Assembly: GCA_017985015.1 (NCBI GenBank)
Contig: JAGNYI010000005.1
Span: forward strand, 21,041-85,040
Direction: 5' to 3'
DNA: 64,000 nt
DNA from: Giesbergeria sp.
GTDB taxonomy: Bacteria > Pseudomonadota > Gammaproteobacteria > Burkholderiales > Burkholderiaceae_C
Position numbers and translations under genes: made by a program. Below the pieces are notes generated by a model. That model made no database searches. It had not been told where the DNA came from and saw only the letters and a list, made by a program, of their open reading frames with translations. Below are positions 33,935 through 43,944 of the stretch, one piece after another (position 1 is the stretch's first letter; the number at the start of each line of letters is the position of its first letter).

Positions 33935-34563
33935 GCGACCAAGCCCTGACTCTGCCAACGCGTTCGCAGGCGCAGTCAGCGATCGGGTGCGTGATCGCGG
34001 CCATGCTGGTGCTGCCTGCCGCCCGCGCAGCGCTGGAGCAAAGCATGCTGCGCCATATGCTGCTGCAGGCGCCGCTGTTGCTGCTGGCCGGTGCCTGCCT
34101 GGCGGGTGGCGGGGGCCCGCGCCTGCGCGCGGCCGTGGCCCGCTGGAATGCCTATGGAATCACCGGTTTGCTGGCCACCGTCGCCATCCTGAGTTTGTTG
34201 ATGGTGCCGCGCGCGCTCGATCTGGCACTGGTGGTGCCGGCGATTGAGACGTCGAAGTTTGCGCTGCTGCTGCTCGCGGGCGCTGCGCTGCGGCTGTCGT
34301 GGGCGCCGGCGGGCTTGGTGGTGCAGGGGTTTTTCCTCGGCAACCTGCTGCCCATGATGGCGGTGGCCGGGCAGCTCTACGCCGACTCGCCAGTGCGCAT
34401 CTGCAATGCCTACCTTCTGGACGATCAGACCCGTCTGGGGGAGTGGCTGATCGCCCTGGCCGGTGTGGCTGCGCTCGCCTGGCTTGCCCAGGTGGCGCGC
34501 ACCATGGTGCTGCGGGAGGAGAGGGTTCTGGCAGCGGAGAATCCGCCCATACTGCAAAATTAA
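33931..34563 (+). CDS. hypothetical polytopic membrane protein (last gene of the oxidase cluster)
   Basis: ATGA overlap with the SCO gene. 5-6 hydrophobic helices. Stop TAA lies in F1 copy F. Confidence 0.45.
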   Translation: MSDQALTLPTRSQAQSAIGCVIAAMLVLPAARAALEQSMLRHMLLQAPLLLLAGACLAGGGGPRLRAAVARWNAYGITGLLATVAILSLLMVPRALDLALVVPAIETSKFALLLLAGAALRLSWAPAGLVVQGFFLGNLLPMMAVAGQLYADSPVRICNAYLLDDQTRLGEWLIALAGVAALAWLAQVARTMVLREERVLAAENPPILQN

Positions 34564-34617
34564 TAGCTGCCAGCGCTTACTGAATAAGCGCTGGAGGCAT
34601 ATTTCTATAGAAATTCC
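34553..34617 (+). repeat. F1 element copy F (forward), best-preserved central hairpin
   Basis: TTAATAGCTGC CAGCGCTTActgaaTAAGCGCTG GAGGCATATTTCTATAGAAATTCC. Confidence 0.85.
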
Positions 34618-34621
34618 GGCG

Positions 34622-35554
34622 TCAACGCCGCGCCAGGTGAATGCCCGCCAGCATGCAGCGCACCGAGCCCCCCGCCAGTTCGATGGTCGGCACGGCCAAG
34701 GGCAGCAGCGTGGCGCTGCGCTCAATGGCGGCTTTCTGCGCGGCACTCAGGCTGGCGCAAGCCCGTTCCGACAGGGCAAGCAGGCGCTCGCCGCTGCGCC
34801 CGCTCAGTTCCAGCGCATTGCCAGCAAATTCTCCGATCTGCCAGGCATCGAGTTCGATGAGTTCGCGCCCGCCCTCGCGCAGGCGCTCGCGCACCGCGCC
34901 GCGCCGCTTCGCATCCGCAATCAGGTAGAAGCCGCCGAGCGCAAACTCAGTGCCTACGCAAAGCATGACATTGGTGTGGTAGCAGGCTTGGCCCTGGGCG
35001 TCGGCCGTGGCGAAGGCCATGGGCTCGAAGTTGAAATGCGTGCAAAAGCGCTCCAACGCCACCGGGTTGGCGCGGTTCGACTGGGCCGTGTAGGCGATGC
35101 GGGCGACGTGGTCCAGCACCATGGCGCCCGTGCCCTCCAGAAACATACCGTCGTGTTCGAGGCCGGAGTAGTCGATCACGTCCTGCACGCGGTATGTGGA
35201 TTTGAGGCACTCGATGATGTCGCTGCGCCGCTCGCGCCGGCGGTTGGGCGCAAACATCGGGTACAGCGCCACATGGCCGCCCGCGTGGGTGGAGAACCAG
35301 TTGTTCGGAAACACGCTGTCGGGCGTGCCCCGCGCGCCGCCGTCGTCGAACAAGTGCACGCGCACCCCGGCGGCCTCCAGCCGCGCGGCAGCGGCGCTGA
35401 CTTCCGCATAGGCGAGGCGGGCGGTCTCGTCCGGCGGCTGGCTGGATGCGCGGCTCTGGAAGGCGTTGTCTGCGGCGGTTTCCGGGTTGGGGTGAAAGTG
35501 CAGCGGGCGCACCATTGCCACGGCGGCCGGCGCCTGAAGGGAAGCCCGGGGCAC
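34622..35554 (-). CDS. amidinotransferase-fold protein (arginine deiminase-related / CtlX-like citrulline utilisation hydrolase)
   Basis: VRPLHFHPNPET, FPNNWFSTH and C-terminal GGSVRCMLA (catalytic Cys) motifs. Confidence 0.65.
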   Translation of the reverse strand: MPRASLQAPAAVAMVRPLHFHPNPETAADNAFQSRASSQPPDETARLAYAEVSAAAARLEAAGVRVHLFDDGGARGTPDSVFPNNWFSTHAGGHVALYPMFAPNRRRERRSDIIECLKSTYRVQDVIDYSGLEHDGMFLEGTGAMVLDHVARIAYTAQSNRANPVALERFCTHFNFEPMAFATADAQGQACYHTNVMLCVGTEFALGGFYLIADAKRRGAVRERLREGGRELIELDAWQIGEFAGNALELSGRSGERLLALSERACASLSAAQKAAIERSATLLPLAVPTIELAGGSVRCMLAGIHLARR

Positions 35555-35557
35555 GGC

Positions 35558-36607
35558 TCAGGCCACGCGGCGCAGTCGCGCTGCCGAACCACTGCCGCGC
35601 GCGCGGCCGAACAGGTCCTTCGGGTCGCCATCGCTCGGCACCAACTGCACGTCGCGCCCGATGCCGCTCTCCTGCGCCAGGCGGTGCAGCACCCGCAAGG
35701 CGGCGTAGTCCTCCAGCGCAAAGCCAACGGAATCAAAGACGGTCACTTGCTGCTCTGAAGTGCGGCCGGGTGCCTGTCCGGACAGCACGCGCCAGAGCTC
35801 GGTCACCGGATGGTCGGGCGCGAGCTGCTGGATGTCGCCCTCGATGCGCGTCTGCGGCTCGTACTCGACAAAGATGCGCGCTGCGCGCAGCACGTCGGGG
35901 TGCAGCTCGGTCTTGCCCGGGCAGTCGCCGCCCACGGCGTTGAGATGCATGCCCGGCTCGACCATGTCCGGCGTCAGGATGGTGGCGCGCGCCTTGTCGG
36001 CCGTGACGGTGGTCACCACATCGGCGCCGCGAACGGCGTCCTGCACCGAAGCCGCGCGCACGACGCGCAGGCCGGGCCAGTCGGCCAGGTTGCGCAGCAG
36101 CTTGTCGGTGGCGGCGGCATCGACGTCGAAAGCATGCACTTCGTCAATGCCCAGCAAGGTGTGAAAGGCGACGGCCTGAAACTCGCTTTGAGCGCCGTTG
36201 CCGATCAAGGCCATGCGGCGACTCCCGGGCCGCGCCAAAGTGCGCGCCGCCAGCGCCGAAGTCGCCGCAGTGCGCAGCGCGGTGGTCAGTGTCAGCTCGG
36301 ACAGCAGCAGCGGATAGCCCGTGGCCACCTCGGCCAGCACGCCAAAGGCCATGACCGTGGGCAGGCCCCGTGCGGGGTTGTCGGGGTGGCCATTGACGTA
36401 CTTGAAGCTGTAATGCGTGGCGCCGGCCACCGGCATCAGCTCAATCACCCCAAGTGCGCTGTGGCATGCGCTGCGGGGCGATTTGTCAAATTCGGGCCAA
36501 AGCAGAAAGTCGGCTTTGATCGCCTCGGCAAGCTGGCCGATGAGCGCTGCGGGGCCGATGGCTTGCACCAGTTGCGACAAGGCGGGGAGGTCGATAAGGC
36601 GGGTCAT
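35558..36607 (-). CDS. ocd: ornithine cyclodeaminase
   Basis: Mu-crystallin/OCD family pattern (GNGAQSEFQ Rossmann region). ATG at 36607 with an AGGAGA RBS. Confidence 0.85.
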   Translation of the reverse strand: MTRLIDLPALSQLVQAIGPAALIGQLAEAIKADFLLWPEFDKSPRSACHSALGVIELMPVAGATHYSFKYVNGHPDNPARGLPTVMAFGVLAEVATGYPLLLSELTLTTALRTAATSALAARTLARPGSRRMALIGNGAQSEFQAVAFHTLLGIDEVHAFDVDAAATDKLLRNLADWPGLRVVRAASVQDAVRGADVVTTVTADKARATILTPDMVEPGMHLNAVGGDCPGKTELHPDVLRAARIFVEYEPQTRIEGDIQQLAPDHPVTELWRVLSGQAPGRTSEQQVTVFDSVGFALEDYAALRVLHRLAQESGIGRDVQLVPSDGDPKDLFGRARGSGSAARLRRVA

Positions 36608-36724
36608 TTTGTTGTCTCCTGAAACGGTTGAACGATTGTGTTTCGCCGCCCCAGCCAACGAATAGCGTCAAAAATGTGCGAATCGGCAGGCTCTCAACAC
36701 ACTTTGCCAGCAATAATTGGCGTT

Positions 36725-37156
36725 ATGAGCAAGATTGACGATACCGACCGCCAGCTGCTGGGCCTGCTGCGCGACAACGCCCGTACGCCGCTGGCCACCC
36801 TGGCGCAAAAGGTGCGCGTCTCGCGCGGCACGGTTCAAAATCGGCTGCGCAAGCTCGAAGAATCGGGCGTGATCACCGGCTACACGGTGCGCCTGCGTCC
36901 CGATTCCGAGCCTCAGCGCATCCGCGCCTGGATGTCCATTGCAGTGGAAGGCAACGGCGCTCCTGCCGTCATTCGCGCCTTGCGCGGCGAGGCCGCCGTG
37001 GGCACACTGCACAGCACCAACGGGCGCTGGGACATCGTGGCTGAGGTGCGGGCAGACAGTCTGGAAGCGTTTGACGCTGCGCTGGGCCGAATTCGCCTCA
37101 CACCCGGCATTGCCGCTACCGAGACCAGCATTCTTTTGTCGACCTACAAGGCATGA
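36725..37156 (+). CDS. Lrp/AsnC family transcriptional regulator
   Basis: DDTDRQLLGLLRDNARTPLATLAQKVRVSRGTVQNRLRKLEESGVI HTH. Divergent from ocd. Confidence 0.85.
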   Translation: MSKIDDTDRQLLGLLRDNARTPLATLAQKVRVSRGTVQNRLRKLEESGVITGYTVRLRPDSEPQRIRAWMSIAVEGNGAPAVIRALRGEAAVGTLHSTNGRWDIVAEVRADSLEAFDAALGRIRLTPGIAATETSILLSTYKA

Positions 37157-37205
37157 AATCACCGCTGCACGCATTCCTCCACAGGGGCCTAACATACGGA
37201 GAGCC

Positions 37206-38435
37206 ATGCCATTTGCCGAGCCCGTAACGCGAGTTGTCCCGCTGCCCGAGCGCGTGTCGCCCCTGCGTGGCGAGTTTGTTGACGCCGCGCTGGAGCAGGA
37301 TTTTCGCGCGAGCACGCTGTCCCGGGTGCTGCCGCAGCAGCGCGCGGGCCTGGTTCTCTGGGCCGCGTTGATGATCGGGTTCGTGGTGCCCGATTACCTT
37401 GACCTGGGTGCCGTGCCGCATTTCTGGATTCTTGCGGTGTACCGGGTGGTATTCGCCCTGCTTCTGCTTGCGACCGTGGTGGCACTCAGGCGCAAGCCCA
37501 CGCTGGCCTTGCACGGACACGTGCTGATGGGACTGGCTTTGCTGGGCTACCCGTTCTTTTTTCTGCTCTACGGGCTGCGTCCAGAGATACGGGCGCTCAA
37601 TACCGGGGCGATCATGGTCATCCAGCTCATGCTGTTCCTGTTCGTACCGGTGCGTGTGGCCTTGGCAGCTCCGGTGGCGTTGTTCGGTGCCTTCGGTGCC
37701 ACGCTCAGCATCTGGGCCACGACAGTGGATGCCTCGGTCAAGGTGGGAACGGCTTTCCTGGTGGCCCTGCCGGCCGTGCTGGGCTACGCGGCAGCGCTGC
37801 GCCAGCAAAAAACCGAACGGCAGGAATTCCTGCTGCGCCGCCAGTTGCAGGACGCCAACCGGGAACTGCAGGATGAAGTGGCCCGGCGTGTGGCCCTGCA
37901 GGACGAACTGGAGCGCCACGCCTCCACGGACTTGCTCACCGAGCTGCCCAACCGCCGTGCGCTTGCGGAGCGCTTTGCGACGGAATCGGTGCGTGCGCAG
38001 CGCCGCAGCGAAGCACTGTCGCTGGCCATGTTTGACCTGGACCATTTCAAACGGGTGAACGACACCCATGGCCACGCCGGCGGCGATGCGGTGCTGCGCG
38101 CAGTAGGCGAGGTGTGCCTGCGCAGCTTTCGTGGTGCAGACCTGGCCGCGCGGGTCGGCGGCGAAGAATTTGCGGTGCTGCTGCCAGACGCCAACTTGCA
38201 ACAGGCGGGCGCGGTGATGCAGCGCTTCGCCAACCTGCTGGCCACAACGCCCGCGATGATAGGCAGCCAGGCGGTACGGGTGACAGCCACCGTTGGCGTG
38301 GCCCAGCAGCAGCCGGGAGAAGACCTGAATGGGCTCATGGCGCGGGCCGATACGGCCCTGTACGCCGGCAAGCAGGCCGGGCGCAACCGCGTGGTGCTGG
38401 CGCTACCCCCAGGCACTGCGGGCGCGCCGGGCTGA
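37206..38435 (+). CDS. membrane-bound diguanylate cyclase (GGDEF)
   Basis: N-terminal polytopic domain, coiled linker, RVGGEEF active site and upstream RxxD. Confidence 0.8.
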   Translation: MPFAEPVTRVVPLPERVSPLRGEFVDAALEQDFRASTLSRVLPQQRAGLVLWAALMIGFVVPDYLDLGAVPHFWILAVYRVVFALLLLATVVALRRKPTLALHGHVLMGLALLGYPFFFLLYGLRPEIRALNTGAIMVIQLMLFLFVPVRVALAAPVALFGAFGATLSIWATTVDASVKVGTAFLVALPAVLGYAAALRQQKTERQEFLLRRQLQDANRELQDEVARRVALQDELERHASTDLLTELPNRRALAERFATESVRAQRRSEALSLAMFDLDHFKRVNDTHGHAGGDAVLRAVGEVCLRSFRGADLAARVGGEEFAVLLPDANLQQAGAVMQRFANLLATTPAMIGSQAVRVTATVGVAQQQPGEDLNGLMARADTALYAGKQAGRNRVVLALPPGTAGAPG

Positions 38436-38462
38436 TGCGGGTTCCCGGCCAGGCGGGAAGCG

Positions 38463-39308
38463 TCAAGTCGGGGTCGCTGCCAGCAGATGCCGTGCAAGCT
38501 CGGCGAATCCCGCGCCGCGCTCGCCCTTGGTCACGAAGCGTGGCAGGTGGGCGAGCTGCGGCACAAAGCGCGCAATGTTGGCCACGCCCACGCTGTGCTC
38601 GAAGTGCTCGAACATGATCTGGTCGTTGGTGGAGTCGCCCACATACACCCAACGGGAGCGTTCGTCGGCCAGTTCGCGCCCGAACAGTTCGCGCACGATC
38701 CAGCGCGCGCCTTCCCATTTGTTGTGCGCGCCAAACCAGCCGTTGATGTGGATGCTGCTGACCGACGCGCTCATGCCGGCGGCCCGCATCGTGGCCACAC
38801 ACGCATCGATGGCGGGCTGGGGCAAGTGGGTGAACTCGCTGTGGTCAATGGCAATGTCGGTCTCGCGCCCGGCGGAATCCTGGGCCCGGCGGGCCTGCGG
38901 CACTTCGCGCTCGATTTGCTCCAGCACGGCATGCATGGCAGTGAAATTGGCAGCGCGCGTGGCAGCGTCCTGCTGGTATATTTTTGATAGCTGTCGGCGT
39001 TTGTCAGATAAGCGCTGGAGGCCAATTTCATCGGAAATTCTTTGTGGCTCCAGGCGCAGCGCCACCGCGCCGTTTTCCGCCACGATCGCATCCACCGGCC
39101 AAGCCGCTGCAAAGCGCTCGCTCCAGCCCACCGGGCGGCCGGTGATGGGGATGACGTGCAAGCCGGCAGCCTTCAGCGCCCCCAGCGCCGCGAGCGCGTC
39201 GGCTGTCACCGCGCCCTCGGTGGTCAGGGTGTCGTCGATGTCGGTGAATACGCCGATGAGGTCGGTGGGCACCTGCCAGGGGGCGAGCGCTTGCAGCGAA
39301 CGCTCCAT
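38463..39308 (-). CDS. HAD-IIB family phosphatase, with an in-frame F1 insertion
   Basis: FTDIDDTL (motif I), IPITGRP (motif II) and VGDSTNDQIMF (motif IV). Start overlaps the prfC stop. Confidence 0.7.
   Translation of the reverse strand: MERSLQALAPWQVPTDLIGVFTDIDDTLTTEGAVTADALAALGALKAAGLHVIPITGRPVGWSERFAAAWPVDAIVAENGAVALRLEPQRISDEIGLQRLSDKRRQLSKIYQQDAATRAANFTAMHAVLEQIEREVPQARRAQDSAGRETDIAIDHSEFTHLPQPAIDACVATMRAAGMSASVSSIHINGWFGAHNKWEGARWIVRELFGRELADERSRWVYVGDSTNDQIMFEHFEHSVGVANIARFVPQLAHLPRFVTKGERGAGFAELARHLLAATPT
38978..39043 (+). repeat. F1 element copy G (forward on + strand, read antisense by the HAD gene)
   Basis: TTTTTGATAGCTGTCGGCGTTTGTCAGATAAGCGCTGGAGGCCAATTTCATCGGAAATTC. Encodes ISDEIGLQRLSDKRRQLSKIY in the HAD frame. 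Confidence 0.85.
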
Positions 39309-40936
39309 CAGCCGGCGCTGCCCAGGCTGAGTCCCGCATGCTCGCGCAGCGGATGAAACGCGATCTCGGGGAAGCGCTCCTGCGCCAGCCGCACGTCGTA
39401 CGGCGAGGTGCACAAAAATGCCAGGGCGTTGGCTGCGTCGTGCGACAGGCGCATCGGGTAGGCGTCGGTAAAGGCGCGCAGTTCTGCCGGGCTGTTGGCG
39501 GTGATCCAGCGCGCGCCGGTGTACTGGCAGCCTTCCAGCCGCACGTCGGCGTCGTATTCGGCGCGCAGCCGGTGCTGCACCACTTCAAACTGCAACTGGC
39601 CCACTGCGCCCAGCAGCGTGGGGCCGCCGACATCGGGTTTGAAAACCTGGATAGCGCCTTCCTCACCCAGTTGGGCGAGGCCCTGCTGGAGCTGTTTGGT
39701 GCGTAGCGGGTTCTTCAGAATCACCGTCATGAACAGCTCGGGGGCAAAGAAGGGCAGGCCGGTGAACTGCAGGTTGGCGCCGTCGGTAATGGTGTCACCC
39801 AACTGCACGCCGCCGTGCGTGGTAAAGCCAATGATGTCGCCCGCGTAGGCTTCTTCGACGGCCTCGCGGCGCTGGCTCATGAAGGTGACGACGCTGGTGG
39901 GGCGCAATTCCTTGCCGGTGCGCTGCACCTTGAGTTTCATGCCGGGCTGGTATTTGCCGGAGGCCACGCGCACGAAGGCGATGCGGTCGCGGTGGTTGGC
40001 GTCCATGTTGGCCTGCACCTTGAAGACGACGCCCGAAAAGCCCTCGTCCTCGGGCTGGACGGTCTTGACGACCGGCTGCTTGTTGACCTGCAGGGTGCTG
40101 ATGCGCGGGCCGGGCGGGGGCGACATGTCCACCACCGCGTCGAGCACCTCCATCACGCCGAAGTTGTTCACGCCGGAGCCGAAGAACACGGGCGTGAGAT
40201 TGCCGGCCAGGAATTCATCGTGGTTCCACGCGGCCGAGGCGCCCACGGCGAGCTCCATGCTCTCCAGCGCATCGTCAAAGGCCTGTCCAAAGCGTTTGCG
40301 CAGCCGGTCGGCCTCGGCCAGCGGCACCACTTCAAAGTCTTTCGGGCCGCGGTCGCTGCCGGGGGTGAACACCGTCATGGTCTGCGTGCGCAGATTGATG
40401 ATGCCGCCAAAGCTCTTGCCCTGGCCCACGGGCCAGGTGATGGGGCAGCAGGGCATGCCCAGCTCGCGCTCCACTTCGTCAAGGATGTCCAGCGGGTCGC
40501 GCACTTCGCGGTCCATCTTGTTGACAAAGGTGATGATGGGGGTGTCGCGCTGGCGGCAGACCTCGATCAGGCGGCGCGTCTGTGCTTCCACGCCGTTGGC
40601 GGCGTCAATCACCATCAGCGCCGAATCGACGGCGGTCAGCACGCGGTAGGTGTCTTCCGAGAAGTCCTTGTGGCCGGGGGTGTCGAGCAGGTTGATCACG
40701 TGGTCGCGGTAGGCCATCTGCATCACGCTGGACGCGACCGAAATGCCGCGCTGCTTCTCGATCTCCATCCAGTCGGATGTGGCGTGGCGGCTGGCCTTGC
40801 GGCCTTTGACGGCGCCGGCGATCTGGATCGCGCCCGAGAACAGCAAGAGCTTCTCCGTCAGCGTGGTCTTGCCGGCGTCGGGGTGGGAAATGATGGCAAA
40901 GGTACGGCGGCGCCGGGTTTCAGAGGCGTAGGACAA
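39308..40936 (-). CDS. prfC: peptide chain release factor 3
   Basis: GTPase motifs AIISHPDAGKTT, DTPGHKDF and NKMD. Full-length 542 aa. Confidence 0.95.
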   Translation of the reverse strand: MSYASETRRRRTFAIISHPDAGKTTLTEKLLLFSGAIQIAGAVKGRKASRHATSDWMEIEKQRGISVASSVMQMAYRDHVINLLDTPGHKDFSEDTYRVLTAVDSALMVIDAANGVEAQTRRLIEVCRQRDTPIITFVNKMDREVRDPLDILDEVERELGMPCCPITWPVGQGKSFGGIINLRTQTMTVFTPGSDRGPKDFEVVPLAEADRLRKRFGQAFDDALESMELAVGASAAWNHDEFLAGNLTPVFFGSGVNNFGVMEVLDAVVDMSPPPGPRISTLQVNKQPVVKTVQPEDEGFSGVVFKVQANMDANHRDRIAFVRVASGKYQPGMKLKVQRTGKELRPTSVVTFMSQRREAVEEAYAGDIIGFTTHGGVQLGDTITDGANLQFTGLPFFAPELFMTVILKNPLRTKQLQQGLAQLGEEGAIQVFKPDVGGPTLLGAVGQLQFEVVQHRLRAEYDADVRLEGCQYTGARWITANSPAELRAFTDAYPMRLSHDAANALAFLCTSPYDVRLAQERFPEIAFHPLREHAGLSLGSAG

Positions 40937-41058
40937 GAGAGATCCAGAATTCGGGGGTGAGCAGGCGCACGGCAGGGCGTGCGCGCTTGGAAAGCCCGTT
41001 GATTTTACGGGGCCGATAGGCAGAGCAGCATTTGCGCGCCCGTGTCACAGTGACGCCC

Positions 41059-42285
41059 ATGCAGGAATCCGATTCATCGCCCGCCGCCCGCACCTGGGTG
41101 CAAGCGGGTTCGCCCGCGTACCGGCGCATCAGTCTGGCGCTGTTCCTGGCGGGCTTTGCCACTTTTTCCTTGCTGTACTGCGTGCAGCCGGTGCTGCCGG
41201 AGCTGGCGGCGCATTTCGGCCTGGGGGCGGCCGGCAGTTCGCTGGCTCTTTCGGTCAGCACCGGGTGCCTGGCGGCGGCCATCTTTGTTGCCGGTGCCTT
41301 GTCGGAAGGGCGGGACAAGCGCCGGCTGATGTTTGCCTCCATGGGGCTGGCCGCGGTGTGCAACGTGCTGGCCGCCGTGGCGCCCACCTGGGGCGCGCTG
41401 CTGGTGGCGCGGGCGCTGGAGGGGATTTTGCTCGGCGGCGTGCCGGCCGTGGCCATGGCTTACCTGGCCGATGAGATCCACCCGCGTGGGCTGGGGTTCT
41501 CCATGGGCCTCTACATTGGCGGCACGGCCTTTGGCGGCATGGCTGGGCGTGTCGGCATGAGTGCGCTGGCTGACCAGTTTGGCTGGCGCGCAGCAATGGC
41601 CACCATCGGCGTGCTGGGGCTGCTGTCGGCCATCGGATTTGTGCGGCTGCTGCCGAAAGCCAGCGGGGCTGCGTCGTCTGGCGCGCGGCGATCGCAGAGC
41701 CTTCGGTTTCATCTGGACGCCTGGCGCGCGCATTTGCACACGCCCGGCCTGCCACTGCTGTTTCTGTCGGGCTTTGCACTGATGGGGGTGTTTGTCTCGC
41801 TCTTCAACTACGCCGGCTTTCGCCTGGCGCTGCCGCCCTACGGCCTGAACCAGACGCAGATTGGCCTCATCTTTTGCGTCTACCTGTTTGGCATCCTTGC
41901 CTCGCCCACGGCCGGTGCGCTGGCGGACCGGCTGGGGCGCGCGCCGGTGCTGGTGGGCGGCGTGGCGCTGATGGCCGCCGGCGTGGTGCTGACCTTGGTG
42001 GCGCCGCTGCTCTGGGTGATTGTGGGCATTGCCGTGCTCACTTTCGGCTTCTTTGTGGCGCATTCGGTCGCCAGTGGCTGGGTGGGGCAACTGGCGCGCC
42101 AGTCCAAGGGGCACGCGTCCTCGCTGTATTTGCTGGCGTACTACCTGGGCTCCAGCGTGCTCGGCTCGGCGGGCGGCTGGTTCTGGGAGCATGGGCGTTG
42201 GCCGGCCTTGGTGGTGTTTTCTCTGGTGCTGCTGGCGGGCGCGCTGGCGATGGCGCTGCGCTTGCGAGCACGCACGCCGATATAA
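41059..42285 (+). CDS. MFS transporter (YnfM-like)
   Basis: 12-TM pattern. FATFSLLYCVQPVLPELAAHF N-terminal motif. Confidence 0.75.
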   Translation: MQESDSSPAARTWVQAGSPAYRRISLALFLAGFATFSLLYCVQPVLPELAAHFGLGAAGSSLALSVSTGCLAAAIFVAGALSEGRDKRRLMFASMGLAAVCNVLAAVAPTWGALLVARALEGILLGGVPAVAMAYLADEIHPRGLGFSMGLYIGGTAFGGMAGRVGMSALADQFGWRAAMATIGVLGLLSAIGFVRLLPKASGAASSGARRSQSLRFHLDAWRAHLHTPGLPLLFLSGFALMGVFVSLFNYAGFRLALPPYGLNQTQIGLIFCVYLFGILASPTAGALADRLGRAPVLVGGVALMAAGVVLTLVAPLLWVIVGIAVLTFGFFVAHSVASGWVGQLARQSKGHASSLYLLAYYLGSSVLGSAGGWFWEHGRWPALVVFSLVLLAGALAMALRLRARTPI

Positions 42286-42296
42286 TCCGCGTTCTT

Positions 42297-42413
42297 CTCC
42301 CGAGGAGCGTTGCAGCGTCCCGCTATTTCAGCAGGCGTGAGGCTCGGGAGGCCGGGCCGAGCGGTCTGTCAGTTCGACAGGCTCACTGATCCGCTGTGCA
42401 ACGACGCTCATCC
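42297..42413 (+). promoter_or_regulatory. SAH (S-adenosylhomocysteine) riboswitch
   Basis: CCGAGGAGCGUUGC ... AGGCUCGGG ... AGGCUCAC ... GCAACGACGCUCA. The P1 halves GAGCGUUGC and GCAACG(A)CGCUC pair. Lies directly upstream of ahcY. Confidence 0.7.
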
Positions 42414-42482
42414 ACCTTGCGTGCGATGGGTTCTCAATCTCTCGCGGCAGGTGGTGTTTCAAAACAGCTTTTGGAGCCACCC

Positions 42483-43919
42483 ATGAACGCCCGTACCCCC
42501 ATACTTGATTCCACTGACTGCGCCATCACCGACATCGGCCTGGCCGAGTGGGGCCGCAAGGAAATCCGCATCGCCGAGACCGAGATGCCCGGCCTGATGG
42601 CCATCCGCGAAGAATTCGCTGCCAAGCAGTCGCTCAAGGGCGCACGCATCACCGGCAGCCTGCACATGACCATCCAGACGGCCGTGCTGATCGAAACGCT
42701 GCAGGCGCTGGGCGCCGAGGTGCGCTGGGCCTCGTGCAACATCTTCTCGACGCAGGACCACGCGGCCGCTGCGATTGCCGCCAGCGGCACGCCGGTGTTT
42801 GCCATCAAGGGCGAGTCGCTGACGGACTACTGGGATTACACGCACCGTATTTTTGACTTCGGCGCGGCAGGCACGCCCGGCGAAGGCCCGAACCTGATTC
42901 TGGACGACGGCGGCGACGCCACGCTGCTGATGCACTTGGGCAAGCAGGCCGAGAAGAACCCCGGCGTGCTCGCCAACCCCGGCAGCGAAGAAGAACGCAT
43001 CCTGTTTGCCGCCATCAAGACCAAGCTCGCCGTGGATCCCACCTGGTACAGCCGCAAGAGCGCCGAGATCATCGGTGTGACCGAAGAAACCACCACCGGC
43101 GTGCACCGCCTGAAGGAAATGTCGGCCAAGGGCAGCCTGATGTTCCGCGCCATCAACGTGAACGATTCGGTCACCAAGAGCAAGTTCGACAACCTGTACG
43201 GCTGCCGCGAATCGCTGGTGGACGGCATCAAGCGCGCCACCGACGTGATGATTGCCGGCAAGGTCGCCTGCGTGGCCGGCTACGGTGATGTGGGCAAGGG
43301 CAGCGCCCAGGCCCTGCGTGCCCTGTCTGCACAAGTGTGGGTGACCGAGATCGATCCCATCAACGCCCTGCAGGCGGCGATGGAAGGCTACAAGGTCGTC
43401 ACCATGGAATACGCCGCCGACAAGGCCGACATCTTCGTGACCACCACGGGCAACCGCGATGTCATTACCTTCGAGCACATGCAGGCCATGAAGGACCAGG
43501 CGATCGTTTGCAACATCGGCCACTTCGACAACGAAATCCAGGTCGCAAAGCTGGAAGAGAAGTGCGAGTGGGACGAGGTCAAGCCGCAGGTGGACCATGT
43601 GATCTTCCCGGATGGCAAGCGCATCATCCTGCTGGCCAAAGGGCGTCTGGTGAACCTGGGCTGCGGCACGGGGCACCCGAGCTTCGTCATGTCGTCGAGC
43701 TTTGCCAACCAGACCATCGCCCAGATCGAGCTGTTCACGCACAGCGACTACTACGAGAACGGCAAGGTATACGTGTTGCCCAAGCACCTGGACGAAAAGG
43801 TCGCGCGCCTGCACCTCAAGAAGGTGGGCGCCATGCTGAGCGAGCTGTCTGACGAGCAGGCGGCCTACATTGGCGTGCCGAAGCAAGGCCCCTACAAACC
43901 CGACACCTACCGCTATTAA
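42483..43919 (+). CDS. ahcY: adenosylhomocysteinase
   Basis: [26 protein letters not shown]-terminus. NAD motif GYGDVGKG. C-terminal [10 protein letters not shown]. Confidence 0.95.
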   Translation: MNARTPILDSTDCAITDIGLAEWGRKEIRIAETEMPGLMAIREEFAAKQSLKGARITGSLHMTIQTAVLIETLQALGAEVRWASCNIFSTQDHAAAAIAASGTPVFAIKGESLTDYWDYTHRIFDFGAAGTPGEGPNLILDDGGDATLLMHLGKQAEKNPGVLANPGSEEERILFAAIKTKLAVDPTWYSRKSAEIIGVTEETTTGVHRLKEMSAKGSLMFRAINVNDSVTKSKFDNLYGCRESLVDGIKRATDVMIAGKVACVAGYGDVGKGSAQALRALSAQVWVTEIDPINALQAAMEGYKVVTMEYAADKADIFVTTTGNRDVITFEHMQAMKDQAIVCNIGHFDNEIQVAKLEEKCEWDEVKPQVDHVIFPDGKRIILLAKGRLVNLGCGTGHPSFVMSSSFANQTIAQIELFTHSDYYENGKVYVLPKHLDEKVARLHLKKVGAMLSELSDEQAAYIGVPKQGPYKPDTYRY

Positions 43920-43944
43920 CTGGCGCTACTGCGCGGGCGATCTG

